Position numbers and translations under genes: made by a program. A stretch of 50,072 nt of DNA, the filler included, from Bipalium vagum (taxonomy: Eukaryota), in assembly GCA_037834085.1 (NCBI GenBank). It is 3 parts of 3 records of this genome, joined end to end, with 100 filler letters (N's around TTAATTAATTAA, not from the genome) between each part and the next. Parts side by side here need not be neighbours in the genome. Positions count along the whole stretch, not along the records: positions 17,028 to 32,629 come from JBBMKC010157132.1; positions 32,730 to 50,072 come from JBBMKC010070295.1; 1 more part is not named here. The stretch is one strand, 5' to 3'. The notes under the pieces were generated by a model that worked only from the letters and a program-made list of their open reading frames with translations, was not told where the DNA came from and ran no database searches. This document shows positions 23,301-34,350 of this stretch, one piece after another (position 1 is the stretch's first letter; each line of letters begins with the position of its first letter).

Positions 23301-26300
23301 AAATTAATTTCATGTTTNNNNNNNNNNNNNNNNNNNNNNNNNNNNNNNNNNNNNNNNNNNNNNNNNNNNNNNNNNNNNNNNNNNNNNNNNNNNNNNNNNN
23401 NNNNNNNNNNNNNNNNNNNNNNNNNNNNNNNNNNNNNNNNNNNNNNNNNNNNNNNNNNNNNNNNNNNNNNNNNNNNNNNNNNNNNNNNNNNNNNNNNNNN
23501 NNNNNNNNNNNNNNNNNNNNNNNNNNNNNNNNNNNNNNNNNNNNNNNNNNNNNNNNNNNNNNNNNNNNNNNNNNNNNNNNNNNNNNNNNNNNNNNNNNNN
23601 NNNNNNNNNNNNNNNNNNNNNNNNNNNNNNNNNNNNNNNNNNNNNNNNNNNNNNNNNNNNNNNNNNGAATATGAAAATGTTTACAAATGAAAAAAATCTG
23701 CTTTATTTCATTTTAGACTCAGACATGGAATGAAAGTTGAGGCTTACGTAGGCGAAATCTAGTAAAAAAATCAGTAAAACAATTCAGTAAAACACACATT
23801 GAAAGCTTTATATAGTTGACGGTTTGTTTATTCTTGTCGAAAATAGACATGTTCAAATTAGACATTTTTTACTCTTATTTGTTCAGAAAAACAATTCTGA
23901 AATTTTTGTGCCAGAAATTCACTGCTGAGGCCGATGTGTTAATCCTCTGTATGTATCAAAAGTGATGAGAATCTTGCTGGTCCCAGGTTTACCATGAAAC
24001 AACAAATATAATATAATTGATTTCAGTTAATCGATTTTAATTAGCGAATAATCCATAGAAAATTAATTCAATAAATTTATTTTATGTATAATTTATTTAA
24101 ATTGATTTTTGATAAAGCACATTTACGGTCACATTAATAAGTATAATGAGCGAATAAAAAAATCAAAGATTCTCAGTTATTTGGAAACCTTGTTAGAAAA
24201 GACTTGTTAAGAAATCGATACACGAGGTTAAGTGTTATATCGACGTCTGAATGATCTTCGGTTTCTAAACTGAAATTATCTCTAAAATAAGACCTGTCTT
24301 TCATAGAAATAAAAAATGAACGAGAACATAGGTTTTGTGAAGAACTGTCCTGAACAATATTTTTCCAAACGTTCTTTAAGAGAAGACTTCTTACTAAATT
24401 GAATTTGAAGTTAGCGACAGAATTTTTAAAATACGATTCCAAACGATCAGTTATTATACCTGTTATAAAAAGGTTTTTACTGACAAATTGTTCTTAAAAT
24501 AAATTATAATGGGATTATTTATAAATGAGCATTGCCCCTCCATTTCGAGGAAATTATGTATAATTAAAACGATTGTGGATTGTCTATTTTGTTTTCTTCT
24601 TTTTCTCAGTTTAAATAATTTATGATATAAAAATAAACAATGACTGAGTCAAAGAATTCTGATATTATTTCAATATTCATTCAGTAATTCTACAAGATAT
24701 TTAACCACCTTCCGTAACTAAGTGTTCCGGACTTTATTTGTGATTTAGGAAGTTACCTGTTAACATCTTGCATCACTAGTTTTAATTGTTTTAGTCAACT
24801 CAAAACAAGTTTGAAACCTTCTATCTATTTTCTTCGATGGCTTCAGATATTGTTTCAATTTCAATATTCGACAGATAAACCAGTGGACCTTTCGCCAAAG
24901 GATAATTACAAAGTATGTTTGCTCTCGAACTGTTGGATGGCTTCTCACTCTACCCACTGTCTATTCAGTTTAATGAGGTCCCAAGTTTAAAATATTTTCA
25001 ATCGATTTCAATTGAAAAACACTACAATATGTACGATGTAAAATAATCCCCTTGGAAATTGTTTTTCTTTTATTTTCTAATTTCATTTAGAAATATCGAT
25101 TTAAACGTTTATAAATATCTTTTGAAAAAGAAAAAATGTTTCACTTAAATTTTTATTTGAATAAGTTAAGCTTGAGAGATTTTAAAACTAAGGTGTGGAT
25201 AATTAGCTTGTCTCGATACAATCTGTAGAAATTATCTATTATTTAAATAAAATCACACATGGGAAATAATAATAACTATAATTATATTTTTATTTTAAAA
25301 ATTCAATTATAATACAATTAAATATAAATAAATAAATAAAATAATAATAATAATAAATGTAAAATATTAATTATTTACATTTTTGCTTTTCAATCTACCT
25401 TACAACCTTAAAATATTCACAAAAATCAATATGTATATATTTAGTCGGCGTTGCTCTTGAAAAATAATCAATTTTTATTACATGTTACATTTTATTGCCA
25501 AGCTACTTTTTGATTTTGAGTCCTCTAAAATTGCATTGTCCAGAATTTTGTCAATTTGTTGATCATTTAAACAAAAAATGTAAGAGCTAATTATTTTTAG
25601 CTAGTTATTTTATTTTACTGTTATTAAAAAATTGATTCCAGTGAAATGTCATCGACCCGTCCCTCACAAGAACGGAATTATCAAACGTAATTTATTCAAT
25701 AATTTAAAAGGATGGAGGGGGGTAAATGATAAAGACCGCTGACACTGTTCAAAAAATGTAAAAAGAAAAGAAAAAAACCTCTTTGTAATTATTGATAATG
25801 TTTATGAATGTAATTGTTCAGACAAAATTTACTTTTCCGTCTCCCAGTCAGTCGACAGTTTTTTTATTTGTAAATGAGATTTTTTGAAAGATTCCTTATT
25901 TACTGTAGCAACGGAATTGGAGAATGTCGATTTGATGTTGTAAATACTAATGAAATTGTTGATAATGCTCATGAGACCCGTCGTCAAGGTGAATTCCGTA
26001 TACCCAGGATCATTGATTTCGGCTTGCAATTTTTCCAAGATTCTCCTATTTGCAGAAAAGGTAATGAATTTGTATTGAAAATACCATGGATAACAAAAAA
26101 CAATGGATAATTAAACTGCCAATCAAGATAAAGAGGAACAAATACAATACGCCCAACAGCAGGTCATCGTTACGCAAAAAAAATACTACCAATCCTTTCC
26201 AAAACGCTTGTTAATAATATATAGTATTAATAAAATATAAATTAATATTTTGAAAAATAATTATTTTTTTATTATCAATTATTATTTATTATTAATAATT

Positions 26301-29207
26301 TCTTTTATTATTGTAAAAGCAGATCAATAGAATTTTATGAATGAAGTGCAATTAAGGTACTCTTTTATAATAATAAAAATAATTGAATTTCCGTAAATAA
26401 CTAGATATTTAGATATGGAGACCAGGATGTCCTCTTACCATTGACAGTAAAAGACAAACATGCAGATTTCCAAAGTTCCACTCATCATTGTCTTTATACC
26501 TTTACAAATTAACCAGTTTATTTCAATCAAACTAAATAAATCGATACCAAAAATATTTGAAGGTTGCATTATTCTGGACCTTTATCAAAATAAATAAAGC
26601 TGGCCATCATTAACAAAAGTCAATATTGTAATGAGGCTCTGTTGTCCTCAAAATGCAAATTCTGTCTTGTAAAATTCTTTATCAAAAGACTTTGACGTGA
26701 AGACCAAGTCAATCAAAAGTATTTTAACACAATGATTTTCAATACCCGTGGTGTCCTGATCACATCTTTGCATCCCAAAACACACTAAGCATCGGTCAAA
26801 TGTCTATCAACGAAGCATTTTTGTGGCTTTTTCTCTGGTAAGACTCATACATGAGACTCGTAAACATCAAGATTCAAAACATAAATAACTCGTTTTAATA
26901 TTCCTCAAAGAATTCTCTCAAAGAGCACGGAACAGGGTGAAATTCATTTTTGAATGTTTGAATTCGCTTTTCTCGCGCTGTTGGCAAAACGTTTGAGATG
27001 AATCAGTTGCATAATTTTCTACTCCAATGCTCTCCAGCATGTTCTGTGGTCTTCTCTCTGTAGTCTTCTGTCTTTTTTCCTTCACAATAATATTAAAAAA
27101 TTGGAATTTCTCTTCACCAATTTCGTTTGTTAGTCCACTTCTTTCTTCATCAAACACATTGTTCATGTCAGAAGCAAACTATTTGATCTAATTATAAATA
27201 GTAACCTTGTATGGAATTCATTTCCATAAGCTTCGTGTACCTGACAAATAATGTTTTTCTTTTCTATCCTGAGAAGCAAAAAACACGAATTCAACTTGCT
27301 GGTTCTCTTTAAAGAAAGCACCGTAAATAATGTCATTAAACGATGGTATCATTTAAAACAGATCAATAATATTTGCTTATATTTATTAATTTAATATGCA
27401 GAACATTTTATGGACTTCTTAATTTTATTTCTGTACGAGTCTAAGAATTTCTTAACCAGAAAATGTGTTCAATCAAAATGTTCTAACAATATATTATATT
27501 ATATTATTCATTATATTAGTTATATTAATTATATTATTCAATAAATATAAAACGATTCAGAACTTTTTTCAAAGATTTCCAGTTCTGTTTCTCTCGTGCA
27601 CTGTTCAGAGCTATAATTGAAATTCATTGTCTTTATAATCAATCATGAATGAACACAATAATCTTTCAAAAACGTCTTCACTAAAATGAGAATCAAATCA
27701 GATCACATTCTCTGTCTTAAATTTTATCAATAATAAATGCTTAGGCTTCAAAATGTCGTTAAAAATAAATAATACCTTAATGAAAACAATGGATAATCCA
27801 ATCTTAATCAATCTTAGAGAAATAAATAATGATCTCAGAATAATCGATATTTGAGAATAGATTTTCAATATTTTTACATTTTTATCATGTTTTAATCAAT
27901 AAAATTGTACTTCATAAATAAAACTGAACTTATTTGAACCTTGAAGGTCAAAGGGTTTATTTTTCGTTTTTAATCAATATCAAATATTTTTTCTTACAAT
28001 CTTTGATCTACAGGATTTTTTCAGTATTATTCATGTATGGCACAACAAACACTTAAAGGAGAAAACAAATCAGTACATGAAAAATTTGACTTTTTAATAA
28101 GTGATTATTATTAATTTTTATTATTTTATTAATATTAATATTATTATCATTATCATTATTACTATTATTATTACTATTGCTATTACTGTTATTATTTTAT
28201 TATTATTACCATTATTTTTACTAATCATATTATTCATTTTTATTATAATAATATTAATTTTTATTCACAAGAAAAATATGCGTAAACATTACATAAGTAG
28301 TGAGATTTCTCAATTATTTACATAATAAATTATAAATAAATTGAACAATATTGTTCTCATATAAAGAAATTAATTTTCACAATGAAATTGAAATATCAAA
28401 TTTCAAACATCATTTCCTTAATTATGTTTTGGTAATCATTTTTGCACTGAAATATCTTTTTTTAAAAAATGTTTGGAACAATAAAAACTTGAAAGAATAC
28501 ACCAGGTACCGAACATTTATCATTTTCTGATATACAGATGCACAATTGAAATAAACTATAAAAAATAATTATCTATGATCAACTGTCGAAAATAACCTTT
28601 ATTTCGTGATCCTTAAAACGAAGTAAAAAATATATAATGTAAAATTATTACTTTTTAATTATAATATAATGTAATATAAAACTAAAAATTATTATAGAAA
28701 ATATTTTTTAAAAATTTCACTAGTAATATCAAGTGATAATAATCAATAATTATTATTCATACTAACAATCAATATTTATAATAATAATCAATAATAATAA
28801 TTAAAATTTAAAAATCAATTCAAAAAATATTTTATTCTGAAATCAACGTATTAAATGGTTTTATTTAAAAGAAAAAATTTCAAAAGTTTCTTCATATCAT
28901 TTGTTGATAACATTAAAATATAATCTAATTTGAGGATGATTCGTTAAATAAAAAATAAAATGTCTGAAGCTTCTTATGTGGTATATTATTATAATTTAAA
29001 GATTATCATACTTTTGCTTATGGATTGCTTTTACCATAATCTGATGACATTCTACAATGCATTTGTAAAATTTGTCAATGAACGTTGAAGCCATATTTGT
29101 ATGATTTATTATCTCTTCTAAGCGATCCTTTTATAACATTTTACTTATTTAAATAAGTTCAAAATTATTATTATTACCCAAAGATCAATACCCCAAGATA
29201 ATTCCAT
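17369..29207 (-). CDS. CIP4/FBP17/Toca-1 family F-BAR protein, 5' part; exons 29207-29178, 29127-29012, 26045-25833, 21007-20854, 20773-20498, 17671-17369
   Basis: Spliced translation MELSWGIDLW|DRLEEIINHT..KQK|RILEKLQ..EFT..TEK|RKMEDDL..AQDNYKRSEDNRNLSRLQLDG|VYQ..DQSKQDYAVEFRDYNEVQKSHF..SQINFSK|DAILLVQKYKTGDVPPLELQFIDM. It parallels FBP17 (MSWGTELW|DQFDNLEKHT...SKADYS..FN.EQ...[24 protein letters not shown]). All GT-AG phases are compatible. HR1 and SH3 exons are absent because the contig ends. Confidence 0.88.
18244..19734 (+). mobile_element. Tc3-like Tc1 element with both TIRs, in an intron of the F-BAR gene
   Basis: TA-flanked TIRs CAGTGCTCCAACTAATTATTGCCGCACT and (rc) CAGTGCTAATTATTGCCACACT. 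The transposase from ATG 18637 has KKFNLDGPDG, FQQDNCRCH and SPDLNPIENLWG, with stops and a frameshift. Confidence 0.92.
21059..21251. other. Assembly gap
   Basis: N run. Confidence 0.99.
23318..23666. other. Assembly gap
   Basis: N run. Confidence 0.99.
26500..27350 (-). mobile_element. Decayed retroelement-like coding remnant (possibly gag/protease); dispersed repeat
   Basis: Broken minus-strand reading. The part at about 27130-27270 has a diverged copy at about 37580-37700 (TCCACTTCTTT..TCAAACA.ATTG.TC.TG..AAACTA.TTGAT..AATTATAAATAGT). Confidence 0.35.
28697..28850 (+). repeat. About 150-bp AT-rich repeat with a diverged direct copy at about 29651-29820
   Basis: Shared blocks AAAATATTTTTT.AAAAATT..TAGTAATAT.AAGT.ATAATAATCAAT, CATACTAA and AAAATCAATTCAAAA..TTCTGAA. 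Confidence 0.6.
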
Positions 29208-30836
29208 TAAAAATTATTTCAAAAATCCAAGTGCTAAATTGTAATTTAAATCGTTTTATTTGATAGTTAATATAATTACAGGTTTAAACAAATAACTATT
29301 TCCTGTATGATAATTGTTAGTTTTATTCTTGATAAATTAAGTAATAATAACATGATGATCTCATTTTTATATCACAAATATAAAATATATTAAAATATGA
29401 GTGAAATATTAATTTATTTTACTTTGACTTTCATTCATATTTATTTAAAAGATTTTTTTCCAACAGGCACTGAAGGAAAATAAATTTTTTAAGAAATTCT
29501 TTTCTTATTTATATATAATTAATTTGTAATAAGAATATTATTGAAAACTACCTTTGTAAAACTAAAAATATATGTTGAAATAAATTATCACAAAATAAAA
29601 TCTGTTACTCTTATTATTTATTAATTTTTAAGAATTAAAATTATTATAATAAAAAAATATTTTTTTAAAAATTCAATAGTAATATTAAGTAATAATAATC
29701 AATCATTATTAATAAGTTTTACATACTAATAATTAATATAAATATAATAATAATAATCAATAATGATATTAAAATTTTAAAATCAATTCAAAATATATTT
29801 CATTCTGAATTAAAAGTCAATAGTGTAAATTTGAATAGATTTTCTATAATCGTATAAAATACAGGTATCGAACTAAGTTTTTTCGTTGTTTAATTAAAAA
29901 CTAAACTAAGACTGAAGTTAAATTTGTTGGGTTTACCCAAAACACCCACCTGTTCCAAAGGAAAATGGTAAAAGGGTGCTCAAAATAATAATAATAATAA
30001 TAATCATTATGAAATTGGGCCCAAAAGGACAAAATAATAATTATAATAATAATGCTAAGAATAATAATTAAATAATAATTTTAGCTAATTAAAAGGACAA
30101 AAGTTAATTAAAAACAAAAGAAGGCAATAAATTATATTTTTTTGGATCTAATCTTGACAATGGCGAACCTAAATTGGCAAGATTAGATTAGAGTCCGTGT
30201 TAAGATCCTAAGTTGATAGACAAAAGGTTTGAGCGTAAATGTGTCTTAGGTCTCAACGGTTGAAGGTTGCTTAAGGTTGTGTTCGAACTAATTAAATGAA
30301 CTGAGAAAACGATTTTCGGTTTAATACTTTTATTTGAATTAATATCAAAATTATTATTATAATTACAATGAGTGATAACAATCCTAACCGATTATTGATT
30401 TTATTAATTGTAATTATTAATTATAAAAATCCTCTCGCTCTTAGGCTCAGAGGTCCTGGATTAAGAAAAACAAATATATTTCAAATATATTTATTCATGC
30501 ACAATAAAATTTCGCAAATGACAGTTTTTCAAAATAAAGTTTCAAATCACAAAGTATAACAGATATGAGGGAAAGTTTAAAAGTTATAGAGAGTTATTGT
30601 TAAATCTTTTTTTTAAAATCACAAATTGGTTGATCCACTTGACTTTGACTTCTCTGCAGAATTTGGGCGTAGTCTCCACATCCACAAGGAGGGACCGATT
30701 TAGTATTAATGGTCCTAAAAGGGAATTGATATTTCCCATTAATAACATTGGTCTACGACTCATTAGTCGTCGACCAAAATACTGTATATGGAGAAGGATT
30801 TCTCCATAATTTCGACCTCGACTGGAAACAGTTATT

Positions 30837-30953
30837 TCGATTGTTGAAGACATAATTGTTGAAGACTCGATTACTGAAGACTTAATTGTTGAAGACATAA
30901 TTGTTGAAGACTCGATTACTGAAGACTTAATTGTTGAAGACATAATTGTTGAA
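30837..30953. repeat. 45-bp tandem repeat (about 2.5 units) built from 15-bp subunits; encodes MSSTIKSSVIESSTI on the minus strand
   Basis: TTGTTGAAGACATAATTGTTGAAGACTCGATTACTGAAGACTTAA is exact at 30841-30885 and 30886-30930, with a partial third copy. Confidence 0.9.
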
Positions 30954-31604
30954 AAATCAAGATGAAAGACGTATTTGTTGATTGCTGAAAACGTGATTGT
31001 TGAAGACTTATTTGTTCGAGCCTTATTTGTTGAAGCAGACTTTACCGTTGAAATGGGAAGAAGATTTGGTTATTTTAAAGAAGCAGATTTGAAACACAAG
31101 TACGTTAATAAAATGACCTTGTTCCTGGGATCGTGTTTGTGTTCCCCACCAGAGGGCTACTTCTGAGCAACTAAAAAGGTTCAGCTAATAGTTCAAGAAG
31201 CTTAAACGAAGCTAATCTGTAACCTCGTTTATTTTATTTTTTTCCTTATCTTAACAGTTTACTTTATTATTAATATAATTATTAATTAATTATTATTATA
31301 ATTCGACTATTGAATCATTTAAGTATTTATTTTGTTTTAATGGGTTTCATTTTATAAACCTTTTGTACTTGATTGATTATTAAAGACAATTGCTTACATT
31401 TCAGATCTTATTGTGATCCCTTTTTCTCTTGAGTTTGACGATTTTTGTGTAACTGTTATCACTGTGATTTCGTGTGAAGTTTATGTTATAACTACAAGTT
31501 TTGGTTTGCTGATTGTTATTATTGTTGCACCATCTAAGAGTCGAAGTCAGATTTAACGTTTGATACACTAGTTAGTGAAGTCATTTTCACTTCAGTGAAG
31601 GTGT

Positions 31605-32190
31605 TTTTAATAAACAAAATTGTTGAATTTAGGCAGGAAATCAACCCTATGTTTTCAAGGAAGAAGCTTTACATTCGCCAAAATTTACTGTATAGTGTGG
31701 AATATGGGCAAGAGGTGTAATTGGTCTATACTTTTTCGAAAATGCTGCAGGTAAAACAGATACAGTAACGGAAGAGAGATATCGTCACATGATAGAAACA
31801 TTCCTTAAGCCTTATCTGAATGATTTTAATGTGGAGAATACTTACTTTCAGCAAGATGGTGCCACATCCCATACAAATAGGAAAACAATTACATTATTAC
31901 ACGAAACTTTTCCACCTGGCATGATCTCACGTTTCGGTGATGTTGATTGGTCTCCCAGATCTCCCGATTTGACGGCTCCAGACTATTTCTTATGGGGATA
32001 TCTAAAAATAAAATTTATATTAATCAATCTAAAACTATTACACAACTCAAAGACAACATTTCCGAACAAATCTCTATGATCTCAATTGAAGTATGCCAAA
32101 ATGTTATGCAAAATTCCATAAAATTGCCAAAACCCATATGGTTGCAGGAGGTGGCCATTTTAATGACATCATATTTAAAATATAAAATAT
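31605..32190 (+). mobile_element. rosa-type (DD41D) Tc1/mariner transposase 3' fragment
   Basis: FQQDGATSHT...SRFGDVDWSPRSPDLTAPDYFLWGYLK; I count 41 residues between the second and third catalytic Asp. Confidence 0.85.
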
Positions 32191-32260
32191 AAATATAAGA
32201 TATAAATAAAATTACTTGGCTTTTTAACTTTCATGTACGGAGAAATAGCGACTTAAAGTA

Positions 32261-32629
32261 TTAGGTTTCCAAAAGAGTAATTGCGGTTTATAACCATATA
32301 CTTTAAGAAGTCATAACTTTTTTAAAAATCAACTTTATTAAACAAAATAATTTCCATGAGAATCAACAATTTTTCGCCAATTATTAACAAGTTTATATAT
32401 ACCCACCCGTACAATAAAAATCTGAATTCTGAGAATTAAAAAAGTTTACAATATCGTTTTTTAGGGAATCATCAGAATCAGAGGTTTTATTTCTTTGAAA
32501 ATTTGATAAGATTAAAAACAAATAATAATCAGAAGGGGAAATGTCTGGGCTGTACGGTGGATGAGGAAGCGTTTCAATTTTTAATTCTTTTAGTGTTTCT
32601 TGAGCAAGTTTTGAAGTATGTGGTTTTGC
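32261..32629 (-). mobile_element. Mariner 3' end, cut by the contig spacer
   Basis: TA + TIR TTAGGTTTCCAAAAGAGTAATTGCGGTTT at 32261. The minus strand reads LPHPPYSPDISPSDYYLF...GIYKLVNNWRKIVDSHGNYFV*. Confidence 0.88.
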
Positions 32630-32729
32630 NNNNNNNNNNNNNNNNNNNNNNNNNNNNNNNNNNNNNNNNNNNNTTAATTAATTAANNNNNNNNNNNNNNN
32701 NNNNNNNNNNNNNNNNNNNNNNNNNNNNN
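32630..32729. other. Artificial contig spacer (44 N + TTAATTAATTAA + 44 N)
   Basis: Identical structure to 16928-17027. Confidence 0.92.
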
Positions 32730-32944
32730 TGTAATGGATTTTTGTAATACATACTTTTCTTTATATAAAACTGATTTAAATTTTTAATGACAAAATTAAA
32801 ATAACACTGTATTTAACGTTTAAATTTATTCCGAAAATATCGCACTCACCCTGTATATTGAAAAAATAATACTCCTAAGCGAAAGAAATATGGAAATAAG
32901 GTTTTTAGGAATAATTGGACATATCAAAAAGATGATATAATGTG

Positions 32945-33910
32945 TCATACTGGACGAAAATCAATGGTATGGTGTTCTAAAAATTTTCCAAATTTTATTC
33001 CAAAATATCTTTGGCCTTCTACAGTACCTGGCCATTGAAATAGACTCAAGTATTATTTTACAAACAATTGTATAACCATAAAGCACAATTTACCCGGTTT
33101 AAAGTGCTTTTGATTAAGGTAGGATCGAATAACATCCAAAAAGAAGGTGATCAGAGAACTGAAGATTGCAGTGAAGAAAATTGACAAGGATACAATTGTG
33201 GAAAGTTGTAAATCTTGGTACCATCGATTGTATCGCACGTGGAAACCTAACGGTGAATATATTTTTTGATGTTGATAAATAAAATTATTCTACACATTTT
33301 CTTTTACTTAAAAAATATTGGAAAATATTTTAATTTAATTTATTTAAAAATTATGAAATTTAAATGAGTACCATTATATGTTGAACACCCGTTAATAGTT
33401 TTTACATAAAGTTTTTATTAAGTGTGTAAAAAGAGAAACTCAGTGGAGTACTCATAGGATAAAAGAAAAGATTTGAATTATAGATATAAAAACAATTCTT
33501 GTCCCTTTTACATCTTGATTGAAATAGATCTTTATTGATAATAAAATAAAAGTGAGAAAATAATATCAATATTAAGCTAATTAAACTTAATAAAATTTTC
33601 TTGAATAAATTGGATTTGGAAATAAGGTCGTGTGGCTTTAGTAAAGAAATAAAATTAAAAATACTCAGTGAATTATATACTTACCCCCTTTCATTTGTCA
33701 TTGGATTTTTTCTGTGTAGGTAATTCGTAAAATTCACAGTAGTGGAAGATATGAACTCTGATCTTGTTGGATATGCAGTAACAGTTGGATTATCGATTAC
33801 AGGAAGAAATGGAAGTCGGAGGGAAGGACTGGAGAAACTGCACATAGACGCAAAGTTTTGGCAGAAAATTGATAATGCTAAAAGAGTTGGTTAAGTGCAA
33901 GTTGAGTCGC
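32945..33910 (-). pseudogene. Probable small single-pass membrane protein gene or pseudogene; candidate exons 33910-33685, 33246-33094, 33027-32945
   Basis: The last two exons splice in phase (GFHVRYNRWYQDLQLSTIVSLSIFFTAIFSSLITFFLDVIRS..KP|GTVEGQRYF..RPV*) and include a hydrophobic helix. The upstream P/T/S-rich exon has an in-frame stop and a phase mismatch. Confidence 0.4.
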
Positions 33911-34350
33911 CTAAACATTATCTGTAAATTGAATTCTCGAAAACTTCAATTAGTACCAGCGAAAATATCAAACCTGTTTCTAAAAATATAAAATAAGGGA
34001 CTCTATTCATATTTATACGGGGTTCTCTTAACAGAAACTTCACCAATATCATTAAAATTATTTTACACATTAATGAAAACGAGCCAATCTCTTATATTTT
34101 TAAGCTTTAGATAATAAGGATAAATTATTTGTTTAATAAATATATCTCAATATTTGCATCACTTTTATTTTAATAGATTTGATCACAGTATTTTGATCAC
34201 GAATACTTTGATCGATACTTGAAAAATAATAACTTAATAATTATGAATATAATTAATAAGGGGACAAAGGTGAATATATTTTTTTCTAAATATAATATTT
34301 TATTATATATATTCCTGTTAATATTTTGATTTCTGATTATTTTAACTAAA

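Noticed and set aside
20952-23674. ORFs made largely of X
   Set aside because: They are artefacts of N gaps.
28101-28325. Ile-rich 74-aa ORF
   Set aside because: It is a translation of degenerate (ATT)n microsatellite sequence.
10587-29207. F-BAR plus tyrosine kinase fusion (Fes/Fer-like)
   Set aside because: The two parts are separated by an artificial spacer; the kinase is EGFR-type and the F-BAR is CIP4/FBP17-type.
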